Under the pieces are notes generated by a model, which saw only the letters and a program-made list of their open reading frames with translations, was not told the DNA's origin and did no database searches. Shown here piece by piece: positions 22,098-32,186 of a stretch of DNA of 64,000 nucleotides. The first letter of the stretch is position 1. Each line of letters opens with the position of its first letter. Made by a program: the position numbers and the translations under genes. The DNA is taken from the sequence record MT135026.1, one strand, 5' to 3'.

Positions 22098-24055
22098 TAA
22101 GAAATACCCTCTAGGACGATGTCTGTGTATTGAGGACGCAGCTCGTTCTCATATACAATCAAGCTACCGTCATCTGTGTATATATTCACACGTGTTGGCG
22201 TTGCTGACACGATCAGGTTGCCAGTAACATCCCAATCTGATGAGTTGATACCCAAGTTGATGAAGTCATAGTCCATCATGCCTGATGCGTAGTTAATTGT
22301 ACCTACACGGTAATATAGACTGCGACCGCCAATTACTTCGCGATCAAAGTCGTTGTCTGTGTATGCGCCAGTTGGCAAGCCAGTCTCTGGGTCAACTGGC
22401 GCTGTGATGTCACCTGCTGCAAATGGACCCAATAGAATTGTACCAATATCTTCTTGTGTCGGCGCAGTACGAGCTTCAGTTGTTCTCATTTGAACTTTGT
22501 AATTACCCGGGGTAAACGTGATGTCTTCGGACTTCACAGTTGCTGGTGTAATTGGGTTCAAGAAACTGTAGCCACTCATAGGAGTTTGTGCAAAGTTGGT
22601 CAATTCGCGAATCAAGCTGATGTCACAGCGTGAACCTAGAATAGACGGGTGCGCGTCATCTACGTAGCTCAACATCTTTGACACGTGAAACGATGCGTTG
22701 AAAATCTCCACTTCATTGTAGTAGTAATCTGAAATCGCATTGATGATCTGAGCTTTCAGATAGTCAGCACCCTCAGCCAATGAACCGGTACGGTAGTTGA
22801 TTCTCAGATTGTGCTTGATGTACAAGTAATCTGGGTCAACAACTTTAGGTGTTACTGTTACAATATTAAATTCTTTCAGATATTCTTCGATGTCATTACG
22901 AGCAACTTGAGGCAGAGTCAATCCGCTTTTCGGTTTAATCGAAATGAACACATATCCCGGCTTGTCTGAGCTACCGAACGCTTGAACAGCCTGAACGATA
23001 TTACCGAACTTCTGAGAAACGAACGTTTCATAGTCAAGTTTAGTCACGCATCGACGTTGCGACTCGCGGAAAATCGGTGCGAGTTCTCTAATACGTTCTG
23101 TGCCTTCAGCATAACCACCGCCGATAGATCCCACGAAGTTCTCATCGTTATTCGGATTATCGTCGATGTTCTTGTCATCCAATTGGAAATTCGGGATGTC
23201 ATCTGCCCATGTGAAACGCTGTGAACCGTTCGCAAGCGGTCCCGATGTTTTCACGTATTGAACACGAATGCGCTGACCTTCAATTGGTCGCAAACCACCG
23301 ATATAACCGGGATTGTATGCACCTGCGTTCTCGGTAAAATCAGTCAGAACACCCTCGCCGAAGTAAACCTCAGTGTACCCGTCTACTGTTTCGCGAAGAT
23401 AGAATACATTCGAGCCACCAGTTACGTTCACGATTGATTTGTCAGTCCAGTTAGTCCATTCTGCATTATCTACGAACACACGAACATAATTTCTGTCTAA
23501 ATCCGGGTCTTTGATCGTAATCGACTCACTTTCACTGAAAATCGTTTCATAGCGACCTAGTGTTCCTTGAACCAAATCAATCTGATCTTGATACACTAAG
23601 GGACTCGCAGGATCGAGCGGATCTTGTTTCGCACCGATTAGAATATGAGGTTCCCATACGATGTAGCTGTAGTAATCAACACCATCAACATCTGCGCTGA
23701 ATCGAGTACCTGTACCTAATGTGATCTCAACTGGGTTTTCAGCGTGATACGCTTTGATACCGATAGTATGTGTTGCTGCCGACAAAGAGCTTGGCGCATA
23801 ACCCATATCTTGAGCGTGCTGAACCACACTGCTGTGTTTCTGTGCAGTGCGAATAAATCCCTCGAATAGTGCTGCATTCGAGTAGTGCTGAAGATACATT
23901 GTGTTGTATGCAAGCAAATCTGTTAGTACGTTCAGGCGACTACCTTTAAAGTCGTAATCCTTGAACTCGTCTTGACCTTTCAGATATTGAATAAGGTCTT
24001 GTTTGATTGTCTCAAACGAGCCAGAACTAACAGGCAAATTCGAGTTAGTTGTCAT
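22097..24055 (-). CDS. 6: Baseplate wedge gp6
   Basis: FKDYDFKGSRLNVLTDLLAYNT, QRRCVTKLDYE. Confidence 0.97.
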   Translation of the reverse strand: MTTNSNLPVSSGSFETIKQDLIQYLKGQDEFKDYDFKGSRLNVLTDLLAYNTMYLQHYSNAALFEGFIRTAQKHSSVVQHAQDMGYAPSSLSAATHTIGIKAYHAENPVEITLGTGTRFSADVDGVDYYSYIVWEPHILIGAKQDPLDPASPLVYQDQIDLVQGTLGRYETIFSESESITIKDPDLDRNYVRVFVDNAEWTNWTDKSIVNVTGGSNVFYLRETVDGYTEVYFGEGVLTDFTENAGAYNPGYIGGLRPIEGQRIRVQYVKTSGPLANGSQRFTWADDIPNFQLDDKNIDDNPNNDENFVGSIGGGYAEGTERIRELAPIFRESQRRCVTKLDYETFVSQKFGNIVQAVQAFGSSDKPGYVFISIKPKSGLTLPQVARNDIEEYLKEFNIVTVTPKVVDPDYLYIKHNLRINYRTGSLAEGADYLKAQIINAISDYYYNEVEIFNASFHVSKMLSYVDDAHPSILGSRCDISLIRELTNFAQTPMSGYSFLNPITPATVKSEDITFTPGNYKVQMRTTEARTAPTQEDIGTILLGPFAAGDITAPVDPETGLPTGAYTDNDFDREVIGGRSLYYRVGTINYASGMMDYDFINLGINSSDWDVTGNLIVSATPTRVNIYTDDGSLIVYENELRPQYTDIVLEGIS

Positions 24056-24139
24056 GTTATTCCCCTGTTGGTAAAATTATGTAAATTTCGTTTCTTATAT
24101 TTAATGCACAAAAAAGCCCGCACAATGGCGGGCTGTTCA

Positions 24140-24559
24140 TTAAAGACGATTCACAAGTCTTGTTTTAAGCGCAAACAGTCGATCAAAGTTGGTGCGTAGA
24201 TGATACTGAACCACAATTTCGTATGTGTTCTTGTCATAAAGCGGTAGAACTTCAATCTTTTGAATCACCACACGCGGTTCCCATTTAGAAATCGCGTTCT
24301 CAATGCTGTATTTGATTGCAAACGCACTTGCAGGCGAAATGTTTTCAAATAGCTGATTGCTGATGTCACATCCGAATTCGGGATTGAAAGGTCGCTCGCC
24401 TTTCTTTGTACTCACGATTCCGATGATTGATTCTTGTATTGCTTTCAAGTCATATGATGCGCTCAAGTCATTGTTTACAACACTCTTGCCGAAATTTGCT
24501 GGGATGTCACTGAAGTAGTAACTCCCTGGCTTTAGAGTGTTCAACTCTGCAATTGCCAT
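24140..24559 (-). CDS. 25: Baseplate wedge gp25
   Basis: GERPFNPEFGC, WEPRV motifs; TATAAATA at 24583-24590. Confidence 0.95.
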   Translation of the reverse strand: MAIAELNTLKPGSYYFSDIPANFGKSVVNNDLSASYDLKAIQESIIGIVSTKKGERPFNPEFGCDISNQLFENISPASAFAIKYSIENAISKWEPRVVIQKIEVLPLYDKNTYEIVVQYHLRTNFDRLFALKTRLVNRL

Positions 24560-24582
24560 AGATTTTCTCCGAATTTTAAATT

Positions 24583-24590
24583 TATTTATA
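24583..24590 (-). promoter_or_regulatory. T4-type late promoter (gp25)
   Basis: TATAAATA. Confidence 0.85.
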
Positions 24591-24598
24591 GAAAAGTG

Positions 24599-24712
24599 TT
24601 GACAGGGGTATTTGTTTTGCCTACTATGTACTCCTCAGCGCAACGAAGCGCACAAACAAAATGAGAAATTTGTGAAAAACAACTTGACATGCTGAACTAC
24701 ACAACGTATCAT
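24599..24712 (+). promoter_or_regulatory. Two tandem sigma70 promoters for the SPFH gene
   Basis: TTGACA-17-TACTAT (24599) and TTGACA-17-TATCAT (24684). Confidence 0.8.
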
Positions 24713-24744
24713 TCACATCGTCAACTTAACTAAGAGAGCAAAAC

Positions 24745-25620
24745 ATGTTTAAAAATATCGCTAAACTTCTTTCAGTAGCAGCACTGGGCTTCGCACTAAC
24801 TGGCTGTGGTACTCCTGCTGAAATCCCAACCGGCTTCGTTGGTAAGATTCAGACTAAAGACGGCTTCGATTTGACTCAAGAGCCACGTCAACCATCTAAG
24901 TTCCGTCTTGATTGGGCATGGCGCTACCCAGATCGTCTAGTACTGCTTGATGTATCTGACAGCTTCTACGAAATGAAGTTTGACACTTTCATGCCGAAAG
25001 ACGAACTAATGCTGAAGTACGACGTTGAAATGACCATGGCGGTCGATCCTGCGAAATACAACTTCGTTTTTGCGAAGGTGCCGTTCAAATCGCAGACTGA
25101 TCAATTAGGTGTGATTTCACAGCAAGATGTGTTCGTTCGTTATGCACGAGCTAAACTGAACACGATTATTCCGTCAATCATTGCTGAATACAGCATTTCG
25201 GAAGTCGCATCTAACCGTGAAAAGCTTAACCAGTTCGTGAAACAGCGTCTTAATCAAGAACTGAAAGATACGCCATTCGTTCTTAAAGTCGTGGGTGTTA
25301 CTGACGTAGTTTACCCTAAAACGATTACTGCTGCGCAAGAAGCATCGGCTGAACGTCGTCAGCAAGAAGATACTGTAAAAGCACAACGTAAACTTGACCT
25401 GCTACAGATTGCGACTCGTGAAGAAGTTTCAAAACGTCAACGCGAAATCGAACTGTACGAAGCAGAAACCAAGAAACTGGTTGCTGACAAGCTGATGAAC
25501 AACAACGTACGCTTCCTAGAAGAGCAAAAAACTCTACGTGAGCTTGCGAAATCAAACAACAAGGTATTCGTACCTACCGAAATGCTTGACAAAATCGCAG
25601 TGCAAACTCCGATTAAATAA
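24745..25620 (+). CDS. SPFH/Band-7 domain lipoprotein
   Basis: Signal peptide with lipobox LTGC, IPTGFVGK start motif, DVVYPKTITAAQE, C-terminal coiled coil. Confidence 0.8.
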   Translation: MFKNIAKLLSVAALGFALTGCGTPAEIPTGFVGKIQTKDGFDLTQEPRQPSKFRLDWAWRYPDRLVLLDVSDSFYEMKFDTFMPKDELMLKYDVEMTMAVDPAKYNFVFAKVPFKSQTDQLGVISQQDVFVRYARAKLNTIIPSIIAEYSISEVASNREKLNQFVKQRLNQELKDTPFVLKVVGVTDVVYPKTITAAQEASAERRQQEDTVKAQRKLDLLQIATREEVSKRQREIELYEAETKKLVADKLMNNNVRFLEEQKTLRELAKSNNKVFVPTEMLDKIAVQTPIK

Positions 25621-25674
25621 TCAAAACGGGGCGGCTATGTCGCCCCTTTGTTTCACACGAAATAGGAAAATACA

Positions 25675-26034
25675 ATGGAATTTTTATTAGTTCTCGCGCC
25701 AGTCGTTGGCGTATTCGTTTCATTACTGCTAATCTTGCTTGTTGCGTTCATCTTGTCAAAGATCTTCAAGTTTGATTTGAAACTACCTTACGGCAAAATC
25801 ATTGCAGTAGCTCTAGTTCTGACACTTGCTGCTGGTGCGTTTAAAGTGTTCACATCACCAATCACACGCCCTACAGCGACCGAAGTCGTAAACGACACTG
25901 CAAAATACAAAGTCGATCCAATGACGACTGTCGAAGCACCAAAAATGGTCGATAATTCATTCAAAGCTGAAGAAGTTGACGTTACGACTCTGAATAGTGA
26001 AGAGCGAATCAAATCGCACAACGCTACGAACTAG
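25675..26034 (+). CDS. Hypothetical two-TM membrane protein
   Basis: Two hydrophobic segments in the N-terminal half; GGAA SD. Confidence 0.75.
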   Translation: MEFLLVLAPVVGVFVSLLLILLVAFILSKIFKFDLKLPYGKIIAVALVLTLAAGAFKVFTSPITRPTATEVVNDTAKYKVDPMTTVEAPKMVDNSFKAEEVDVTTLNSEERIKSHNATN

Positions 26035-26320
26035 TAACCTTCCCCGCACCACCTGCTACCGTATCGCCGCACGTCAATGTGTCGCCGATACGGATTGCAT
26101 TACTCCCCTCAATAAACACTTTCGGACTAAACGTTGCTGCACTACCGGCGTGACAATCATGATTCGGAACTGTGTTACAATGCGTAACATGAACCATGTT
26201 ATCTTTCGATAACGCAGGTTTGCCTTGTACTGTAACTCTCCCGCTACCCCCTGTTACTACTGTCGGTGGATATGTTCCGTGACCAGTAGTCGGTTCGTCT
26301 GCCCCTGCTAAAGCTGGCAT
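26024..26320 (-). CDS. 5.4: PAAR spike tip protein gp5.4
   Basis: GHGTYPP, HCN...H, RIGDTLTCG PAAR-type Zn ligands; downstream of gp5 and 5.1. Confidence 0.92.
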   Translation of the reverse strand: MPALAGADEPTTGHGTYPPTVVTGGSGRVTVQGKPALSKDNMVHVTHCNTVPNHDCHAGSAATFSPKVFIEGSNAIRIGDTLTCGDTVAGGAGKVTSS

Positions 26321-26805
26321 TAATTACCTCCCGCTGCTATATAATCTCTAAGTTGCTGTGCCCAATTATCCCATTTACCCTTTACGGTCTGACTGAACGT
26401 TTCGATTAGCTGACGCTCTTCGATAACACCAGGCACAAGTGGATCTTCATACTCGTAATTGACTGTGACTTCGTATGTGTAATCAGTTGACAGCGGACTA
26501 GGCGCTTCGAAGCGATACACGTGACCATGAGCCGGATTCGCTGGCAAATCACTGAATTTACTCACTTCATGATAGCTATTGTCTCGCGTGTCGCGATACT
26601 TCAAGCCACTTGGTCCCAAATCAAACGAATCCTGATACTGACCGTAATAACGAGCACCCTCAATCGTGATGCTCGTATTTGGTATAAAATTCGTGATGTT
26701 TATGTCAACCAATGTTTCGCCTTCATCCATAACAGCGAAGAACGTCACATCGACGTTCTCACCCTCTGCAATGATTGGCAATGTTGTTGGTGTAATACTA
26801 GCCAT
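26320..26805 (-). CDS. 5.1: gp5.1-like baseplate hub protein
   Basis: 161 aa between 5 and 5.4; TLPIIAEGE N-terminus, W..WAQQLRDYI C-terminus. Confidence 0.75.
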   Translation of the reverse strand: MASITPTTLPIIAEGENVDVTFFAVMDEGETLVDINITNFIPNTSITIEGARYYGQYQDSFDLGPSGLKYRDTRDNSYHEVSKFSDLPANPAHGHVYRFEAPSPLSTDYTYEVTVNYEYEDPLVPGVIEERQLIETFSQTVKGKWDNWAQQLRDYIAAGGN

Positions 26806-26809
26806 TCAA

Positions 26810-28075
26810 TTAACCTAGACTTACTGTTGTGCCGTCCAATGCTGCTGAACCTGCTAAATTCAAAGTTGCGCCACCACCATCATCACTTATTGATGCTGCT
26901 GAACGAGTATACGATGAACTAACACTTTCAGACATAGAACCGCCCACTGTGATTGTGTAATTACCGCTGATATTCTGCGTGTAATCGCCCGTGACGTTAC
27001 TTTGAACGTTACCGCCCACAGTTTGATTAACATCCCCGTCAACCGTCTGTGTAACGTTCTGATGCACTGTCTGAGTGACATTCATATCGACGGTTTGTGT
27101 AACGTTCTGATGAACGACTTGCGTAACGTCTTTGTCAACTGTTTGAGTCACGTTCATTTCGACGTGCTGATCAACATTACCCTTGACGTGCTGTTTCAAG
27201 TCCCCGTCAATCTGTTGAGTAACGTTTTGCTGACAGTAAAAAGTCGCGTCGCCAACAACGGTGATATTCAAGTTGCCTTTGATGTACACATTTTGATTCT
27301 TATGTACAATCTCAAAATCATCGCCTATAATCTTTGTCACTCGACTACCATCTGGGTGAATTTCTTCAAACGTTCCAGTTCTGTGATACGTATGAAGACG
27401 CTCTGCTCCCTCTGTGTCATCAATCTCATGAATGTGACCCGATTCTGATTCACGAACATGATTGTACGGATACTGTGCTGCATACGGCGTGGCTTTCTCA
27501 TCATACTTCGGACCCTCTGCATTGTAACCAGCAAGCGGGATTTCTTTCTCTTCAGCCGCTCTTTTACTTGCAATGATCGGGTGCGGTCGATATACATAAG
27601 GCGCTTCACCGTTATCAAACGCAGTCTGAGATTGACTTTCGTCATATACGTCAGGATCAACGTCATTACGAGCTAGACGGTTTGTATCTGGCTCATTAAG
27701 CTTATCTGCTAACGGATATTTCTCATTCGGGTCATTAAACCCAACGCTACCGTTCGGCAAATCTTCGGGAATCCCGGGCAATACACCCATGGCGACTGCA
27801 TCTTGACGCAACTTGTCTCTGAAGAAACCAAAAACCCACGTTCCCTCAACGACGCCTATAGGAGCATTCCCGATTCCGTTCATTGCTGCATTATCAAGAG
27901 ACTGCATGGGATGAACCCAAAGCAGTTCTTCAGTTCGAATACCTTGTTCTGAACTTTTCTTATCTGGGTGCAGACCAATCATTCGAACTTTAATTCTACC
28001 AAGTTTGAGTGGGTCGGTTGTTCGATCTTCGACAACGCCAGTCCACCACTCAAACCCATCCAATCCCATAAACAT
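26810..28075 (-). CDS. 5: Baseplate central spike gp5 (OB fold + beta-helix, no lysozyme domain)
   Basis: WWTGVVEDR.DPLKLGRIKVR, YPYNHVRESESGH, octapeptide VxGD/VxQN repeats; 421 aa. Confidence 0.95.
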   Translation of the reverse strand: MFMGLDGFEWWTGVVEDRTTDPLKLGRIKVRMIGLHPDKKSSEQGIRTEELLWVHPMQSLDNAAMNGIGNAPIGVVEGTWVFGFFRDKLRQDAVAMGVLPGIPEDLPNGSVGFNDPNEKYPLADKLNEPDTNRLARNDVDPDVYDESQSQTAFDNGEAPYVYRPHPIIASKRAAEEKEIPLAGYNAEGPKYDEKATPYAAQYPYNHVRESESGHIHEIDDTEGAERLHTYHRTGTFEEIHPDGSRVTKIIGDDFEIVHKNQNVYIKGNLNITVVGDATFYCQQNVTQQIDGDLKQHVKGNVDQHVEMNVTQTVDKDVTQVVHQNVTQTVDMNVTQTVHQNVTQTVDGDVNQTVGGNVQSNVTGDYTQNISGNYTITVGGSMSESVSSSYTRSAASISDDGGGATLNLAGSAALDGTTVSLG

Positions 28076-29346
28076 TATTTCTTGCTCCCCGCAATTGCGA
28101 TATTAACCGATGAATCACTAGACAATTCAAGAGTAGTTATAAATGAGTTGGGTTCAACACGGTGCTTCAACTCATGAACAATCCAACGACCCGATGCGTC
28201 TAAACTAGAATGATTCTCACCAGTCACCGCGTGATAATCAAGAAATACAACGTCACCAACCGTGATGTTAGTGTTCCCGGGTATTTCAACGATGATCTGT
28301 TTAGCTTTCAAATACGTCTCCTCCATAAGAGATACGCCGTGAATAGACCCCAGTGGGTGTTTGTTGTCATGTTCGTAAAAACCATCGTTCGGGAGTAGCT
28401 GAATGCTGTTTAATGGCTGCTCAGTTTCAGGAACTTCGCTTGCAAACTCAAGTTCATTAGTGTACATATGAGCGCGGTCATTCAAAATTCCAACTTGAGC
28501 AATATAATCATTTCTACGAACATCTTTTGTAGTCAATTTCTTCCGAATTAAACTATGCGAATATGTTCTAGATCCGAATAAACCACTAGAAATCTCGTGC
28601 ATATTAGATTGTTCCTTCACCACAACCCGCAATGCTGTAATTGTATTCGTGTTGCCAGAAGTCCATTTACCATCGCCCGTATCAGCACCCTTACGGATGA
28701 TGTATTCATATTCTTTGTCACGAATTGACCCAAGTGATGCGAATTTAACTGAGTCGCGGTCTTCATAGAACATGAATTTACAACTGTTATTCACGTCTGT
28801 ACTAGCATGATCGACGATACTTTTAATAATGTCGTACGGTTTACCAATCTTCGTCACAAAATCACGTTGATATAAAGACGTTTCAATTTCATATTCTGGC
28901 TTCTCATCGCCCAGATTATCCAAAATCGCTTTTATGATATTCGAAATACTAGTCTTCTTGAATACATAAGGTCGTTTAACGTAATCGTTAAGAGTCAGTA
29001 AGTTATTTGTGAAACGCACCAATACAGTCTCAAACCCACCAGTACGTGCGGGCATTCTAGAAATACCCGTTGCACGAAATGATTTTTGATAGACTCGGTT
29101 TGCTTGCTCCCCGACATACGACGCAAATTCAACGTCAATTGCTTCAAACCCAGTCATTCGAATTGTGTCAACGACGCCAATCGAATCCTTGAACATGAAC
29201 ATGCCAGAAACCAACCCGTTAAGCGATTCATAAATTTCCATGTGTGTGATTTCATTCTCCACCGACGCTGCAAAATCAAGACCGCGTATGTGAATCTTGC
29301 TAACCACAAAGTTCTCAATTGGGTTAGCGGAGCGCATTTCAAACAT
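28075..29346 (-). CDS. Baseplate hub protein, gp27-like
   Basis: 423 aa directly upstream of gp5; IYESL...SG N-terminus, FMFYEDR, IPGNTNITVGDVV, SGRWIVHELKH resemble hub/late-control D proteins. Confidence 0.6.
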   Translation of the reverse strand: MFEMRSANPIENFVVSKIHIRGLDFAASVENEITHMEIYESLNGLVSGMFMFKDSIGVVDTIRMTGFEAIDVEFASYVGEQANRVYQKSFRATGISRMPARTGGFETVLVRFTNNLLTLNDYVKRPYVFKKTSISNIIKAILDNLGDEKPEYEIETSLYQRDFVTKIGKPYDIIKSIVDHASTDVNNSCKFMFYEDRDSVKFASLGSIRDKEYEYIIRKGADTGDGKWTSGNTNTITALRVVVKEQSNMHEISSGLFGSRTYSHSLIRKKLTTKDVRRNDYIAQVGILNDRAHMYTNELEFASEVPETEQPLNSIQLLPNDGFYEHDNKHPLGSIHGVSLMEETYLKAKQIIVEIPGNTNITVGDVVFLDYHAVTGENHSSLDASGRWIVHELKHRVEPNSFITTLELSSDSSVNIAIAGSKK

Positions 29347-29347
29347 G

Positions 29348-29926
29348 TTATACCCCTGCTAATTTCATGAATGTGCTAATGTAAGTACTAACATCATCCC
29401 TCGATAGTACATTGATTACGCGATTTTCTTCGTTTCGGTTGAATTCATATTCGTCAACGGAAACAGGGATCATCACGCCGTGATATAGAAGCTCACGATA
29501 ATCTTCCTGTCCTTCTTCAGGCGCGTTGTTTTCCCAATCGAATTTATTGTACCAATTTCGAGGGTTTTCTGGGTCTTCGACCACGTCATACCACCATCGA
29601 CCTTGCTCATCTACGTGATGATGAACTTGCTCGTTGCCGCCAATAAACTGATAACGATAAATAGCGTTCTCAGAAACCGATTCGTTGGGCTGAACCCAAT
29701 CATAAAAAGGGTCAACTCGTTCGTTTAGAAGCATAATCAACCAGTATAACGACGTATCGCCATACAGTTCATATGCAATCTGTTCGGGGCGATAGTCGCC
29801 CCTGATTTTGTACTGAATAGTCGTGAATGATGGGATGATCTGCTTATGATAATAATTCAAATTCTTGAAAATATTCGCAGTCTCAACACCAAGATATTCA
29901 GTCTTGTCAAATATCGCGAAAATCAT
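29348..29926 (-). CDS. 53: Baseplate wedge gp53 (LysM-like)
   Basis: YRPEQIAYELYGDTSLYWLIMLLN..DPFYDW. Confidence 0.95.
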   Translation of the reverse strand: MIFAIFDKTEYLGVETANIFKNLNYYHKQIIPSFTTIQYKIRGDYRPEQIAYELYGDTSLYWLIMLLNERVDPFYDWVQPNESVSENAIYRYQFIGGNEQVHHHVDEQGRWWYDVVEDPENPRNWYNKFDWENNAPEEGQEDYRELLYHGVMIPVSVDEYEFNRNEENRVINVLSRDDVSTYISTFMKLAGV

Positions 29927-31065
29927 TAGAATAAACTCCCAATATCACCAAAGAATGAACCAGAATCATTACTGTTACCACTTGCAGTAGTGGTACCATT
30001 GTCGTAACCACGAATGCTACTTGCTTGATCTCGCTCGTACATTGCACGATCCATAGGGATAAGCTCAGTGAATGTTACTTCAAGTTCAATGCCTGCTGGG
30101 TCGCCTGCTGTACCGCGAAATGTGCGCCAATACTGATCTGGTGTTCTGTTTAATTTCACTGACGTGATACCCGCGGGTCCGAAAACGAATCGCGGGGTGT
30201 ATCGTGTCGCGTCAACATCTGAAACTTCTTCAATCATCCACACTGGCGGCGTCTTCAATAGCGTTGCATACTTCGCAAAGCCATTTGAAAACCCTGAACC
30301 TAATGCAGCATTACCAGTATCTAGCAAATCAGAACTAATCTGACCTTTCACTGGTAGAGAAAGTCGATAGAATGTTTTAATGACCTCACCGACGATCTTC
30401 AGTTCATCTAGTGATTTCGGGTGAAATTGATACATCAATGTTTGCTGACGTTGAGCGGTCCCTTTGTATGCAGTTACAGTAACGTTATCCGTAACTACGC
30501 TGCTGTTCTTCTCAAGCTGACCGGCAGCATTTGATTGAATGAATGAACGCTTGATCTGTGCTAACGTAGCACCGGCTGCGGTTGCTACGGCTTTCTTACC
30601 CGCTTCTACACCCTGAGAAACAGTATCTGCACCGGCTGCTGTAGCGGCTGCGGCTAAGAAGTCATTTAAAACTGAAGTCGGTGTTTTGTCATATTCATGC
30701 GAAACTTCTTCAACTAAGTTTGGCGCGTAAAGAGCCATAGTTGCCATCAACTCACTAGGAATTTCAGACGCCTGCTTAGATTCTTTCGATGATGCTGTGA
30801 ATGACTGCCGCATGTCAGTGTAATGTTGCTTTGTTGTGCTAGCCAAGTCATACGCTCGAAAAATAAAAAAGTTCGAGTGTCCAGATCTCGCGCCAAGATT
30901 GGGCGGATATGTCAGTGCAACTATATTAGACGTGCTAACTCTGCCCTGATCTGTGTCTTGGGTAATCTCAGTTGTGCTACTTTCAACGCCCCCATCAAAA
31001 GACAGTACACGATCAAGAGTATCACTTTGTTTTCCGTTAAGACCGACGTAACTTAAAAATCCCAT
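29926..31065 (-). CDS. 48: Baseplate tail tube cap gp48
   Basis: YKGTAQRQQTLMYQFHPKS, FGPAGITSVKLNRTPD, IELEVTFTE. Confidence 0.9.
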   Translation of the reverse strand: MGFLSYVGLNGKQSDTLDRVLSFDGGVESSTTEITQDTDQGRVSTSNIVALTYPPNLGARSGHSNFFIFRAYDLASTTKQHYTDMRQSFTASSKESKQASEIPSELMATMALYAPNLVEEVSHEYDKTPTSVLNDFLAAAATAAGADTVSQGVEAGKKAVATAAGATLAQIKRSFIQSNAAGQLEKNSSVVTDNVTVTAYKGTAQRQQTLMYQFHPKSLDELKIVGEVIKTFYRLSLPVKGQISSDLLDTGNAALGSGFSNGFAKYATLLKTPPVWMIEEVSDVDATRYTPRFVFGPAGITSVKLNRTPDQYWRTFRGTAGDPAGIELEVTFTELIPMDRAMYERDQASSIRGYDNGTTTASGNSNDSGSFFGDIGSLF

Positions 31066-31131
31066 GTTAGATCTCCTTTAAAATATATCTGTATTTAGAC
31101 TCGATACTAAATAAATGAAAGGAGGCGTTTT

Positions 31132-31587
31132 ATGGCATATTCTGGCAAATACGTTCCAACAAACAAATCGAAATACAAAGGCAACTATCAGAAAATTGAG
31201 TACAGAAGCTCATGGGAATTGTCTTTCATGCGCTGGTGTGACAATAACCCGCATGTAGTTCGCTGGAACTCTGAAGAAATCGTTATCCCGTATGTTAGCT
31301 CGGCTGACGGCGGTAAAAAACGTAGATATTTCATGGACTTTTACGTGAAGTTCAGTGACGGTCGAGAATTCATATTCGAGATCAAACCCAACAAAGAAAC
31401 ATTGCCACCCGAGAAACCACAGAGACTTACTGAAAAAGCTAAGAAGCGTTTACTGAAAGAGATATATACGTATCAAGTAAACCAAGACAAGTGGGCTGCT
31501 GCGATTAAATTCGCAAAGCAGAAAGGATGGCAATTCAAAGTCTTGACTGAAGTCGGACTTCGTAAACTAATAGGACTGAGAGTGTAA
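31132..31587 (+). CDS. 4: Head completion nuclease gp4 (TnsA-like)
   Basis: MAYSGKYVPTNKSKYKG, YRSSWE, WNSEE, RYFMDF, EIKP. Confidence 0.96.
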   Translation: MAYSGKYVPTNKSKYKGNYQKIEYRSSWELSFMRWCDNNPHVVRWNSEEIVIPYVSSADGGKKRRYFMDFYVKFSDGREFIFEIKPNKETLPPEKPQRLTEKAKKRLLKEIYTYQVNQDKWAAAIKFAKQKGWQFKVLTEVGLRKLIGLRV

Positions 31588-32183
31588 TGGCTAGACCAGA
31601 AAGAGCAAAGAAGAAAAAAGAGAGTCTTCTTGACAGCTTCAAAGCTCAAACGCACGAGCTTGGTCGTACTCCAATTGCAAAGAATCAGCGTAAATCACTG
31701 GCGTGGTTCAAAAAGCGCGTTCATGATGCAATTCGTAGTCGAAAAGTGCAAGTTCCTCACAAAGGCAACATGTATGTTTTCGCGTACGACGCAAAAACTA
31801 AACACCAGTTACCCTACTGGGATAAATTTCCGTGCATCATCTGCTTGGGGCAACAAAAAGGCTATATGCTAGGCTTGAACTTGCATTACATCCCACCCAA
31901 AGATCGCGAGAAATTTTTAACCACATTACTTAGATATGCTAACACGAAAACAGTGAGCAACTCCACACGATTAATGATCGATTGGGGTCGAGTGAAAAAC
32001 ATCAAGTTCAGTAAACATATGGTGAAATTATACATTCTCAAGCGAATTAAAGGGTCGCTTGAAGAAGTCAAGCCACATGACTGGTACAACGTTATTCACA
32101 TGCCATTGCAACAATTCGTTGCTAAAAATGGTCGCAACATTTCTGCTGTTCGTGCTTACGATGATCGTTATAGAAGGAGATAA
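31587..32183 (+). CDS. 2: DNA end protector gp2
   Basis: YDAKTKHQLPYWDKFP, GLNLHYIPP. Confidence 0.95.
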   Translation: MARPERAKKKKESLLDSFKAQTHELGRTPIAKNQRKSLAWFKKRVHDAIRSRKVQVPHKGNMYVFAYDAKTKHQLPYWDKFPCIICLGQQKGYMLGLNLHYIPPKDREKFLTTLLRYANTKTVSNSTRLMIDWGRVKNIKFSKHMVKLYILKRIKGSLEEVKPHDWYNVIHMPLQQFVAKNGRNISAVRAYDDRYRRR

Positions 32184-32186
32184 CGA

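Noticed and set aside
26950-27270. 24-bp periodic DNA repeats
   Set aside because: Explained by the octapeptide beta-helix of gp5.
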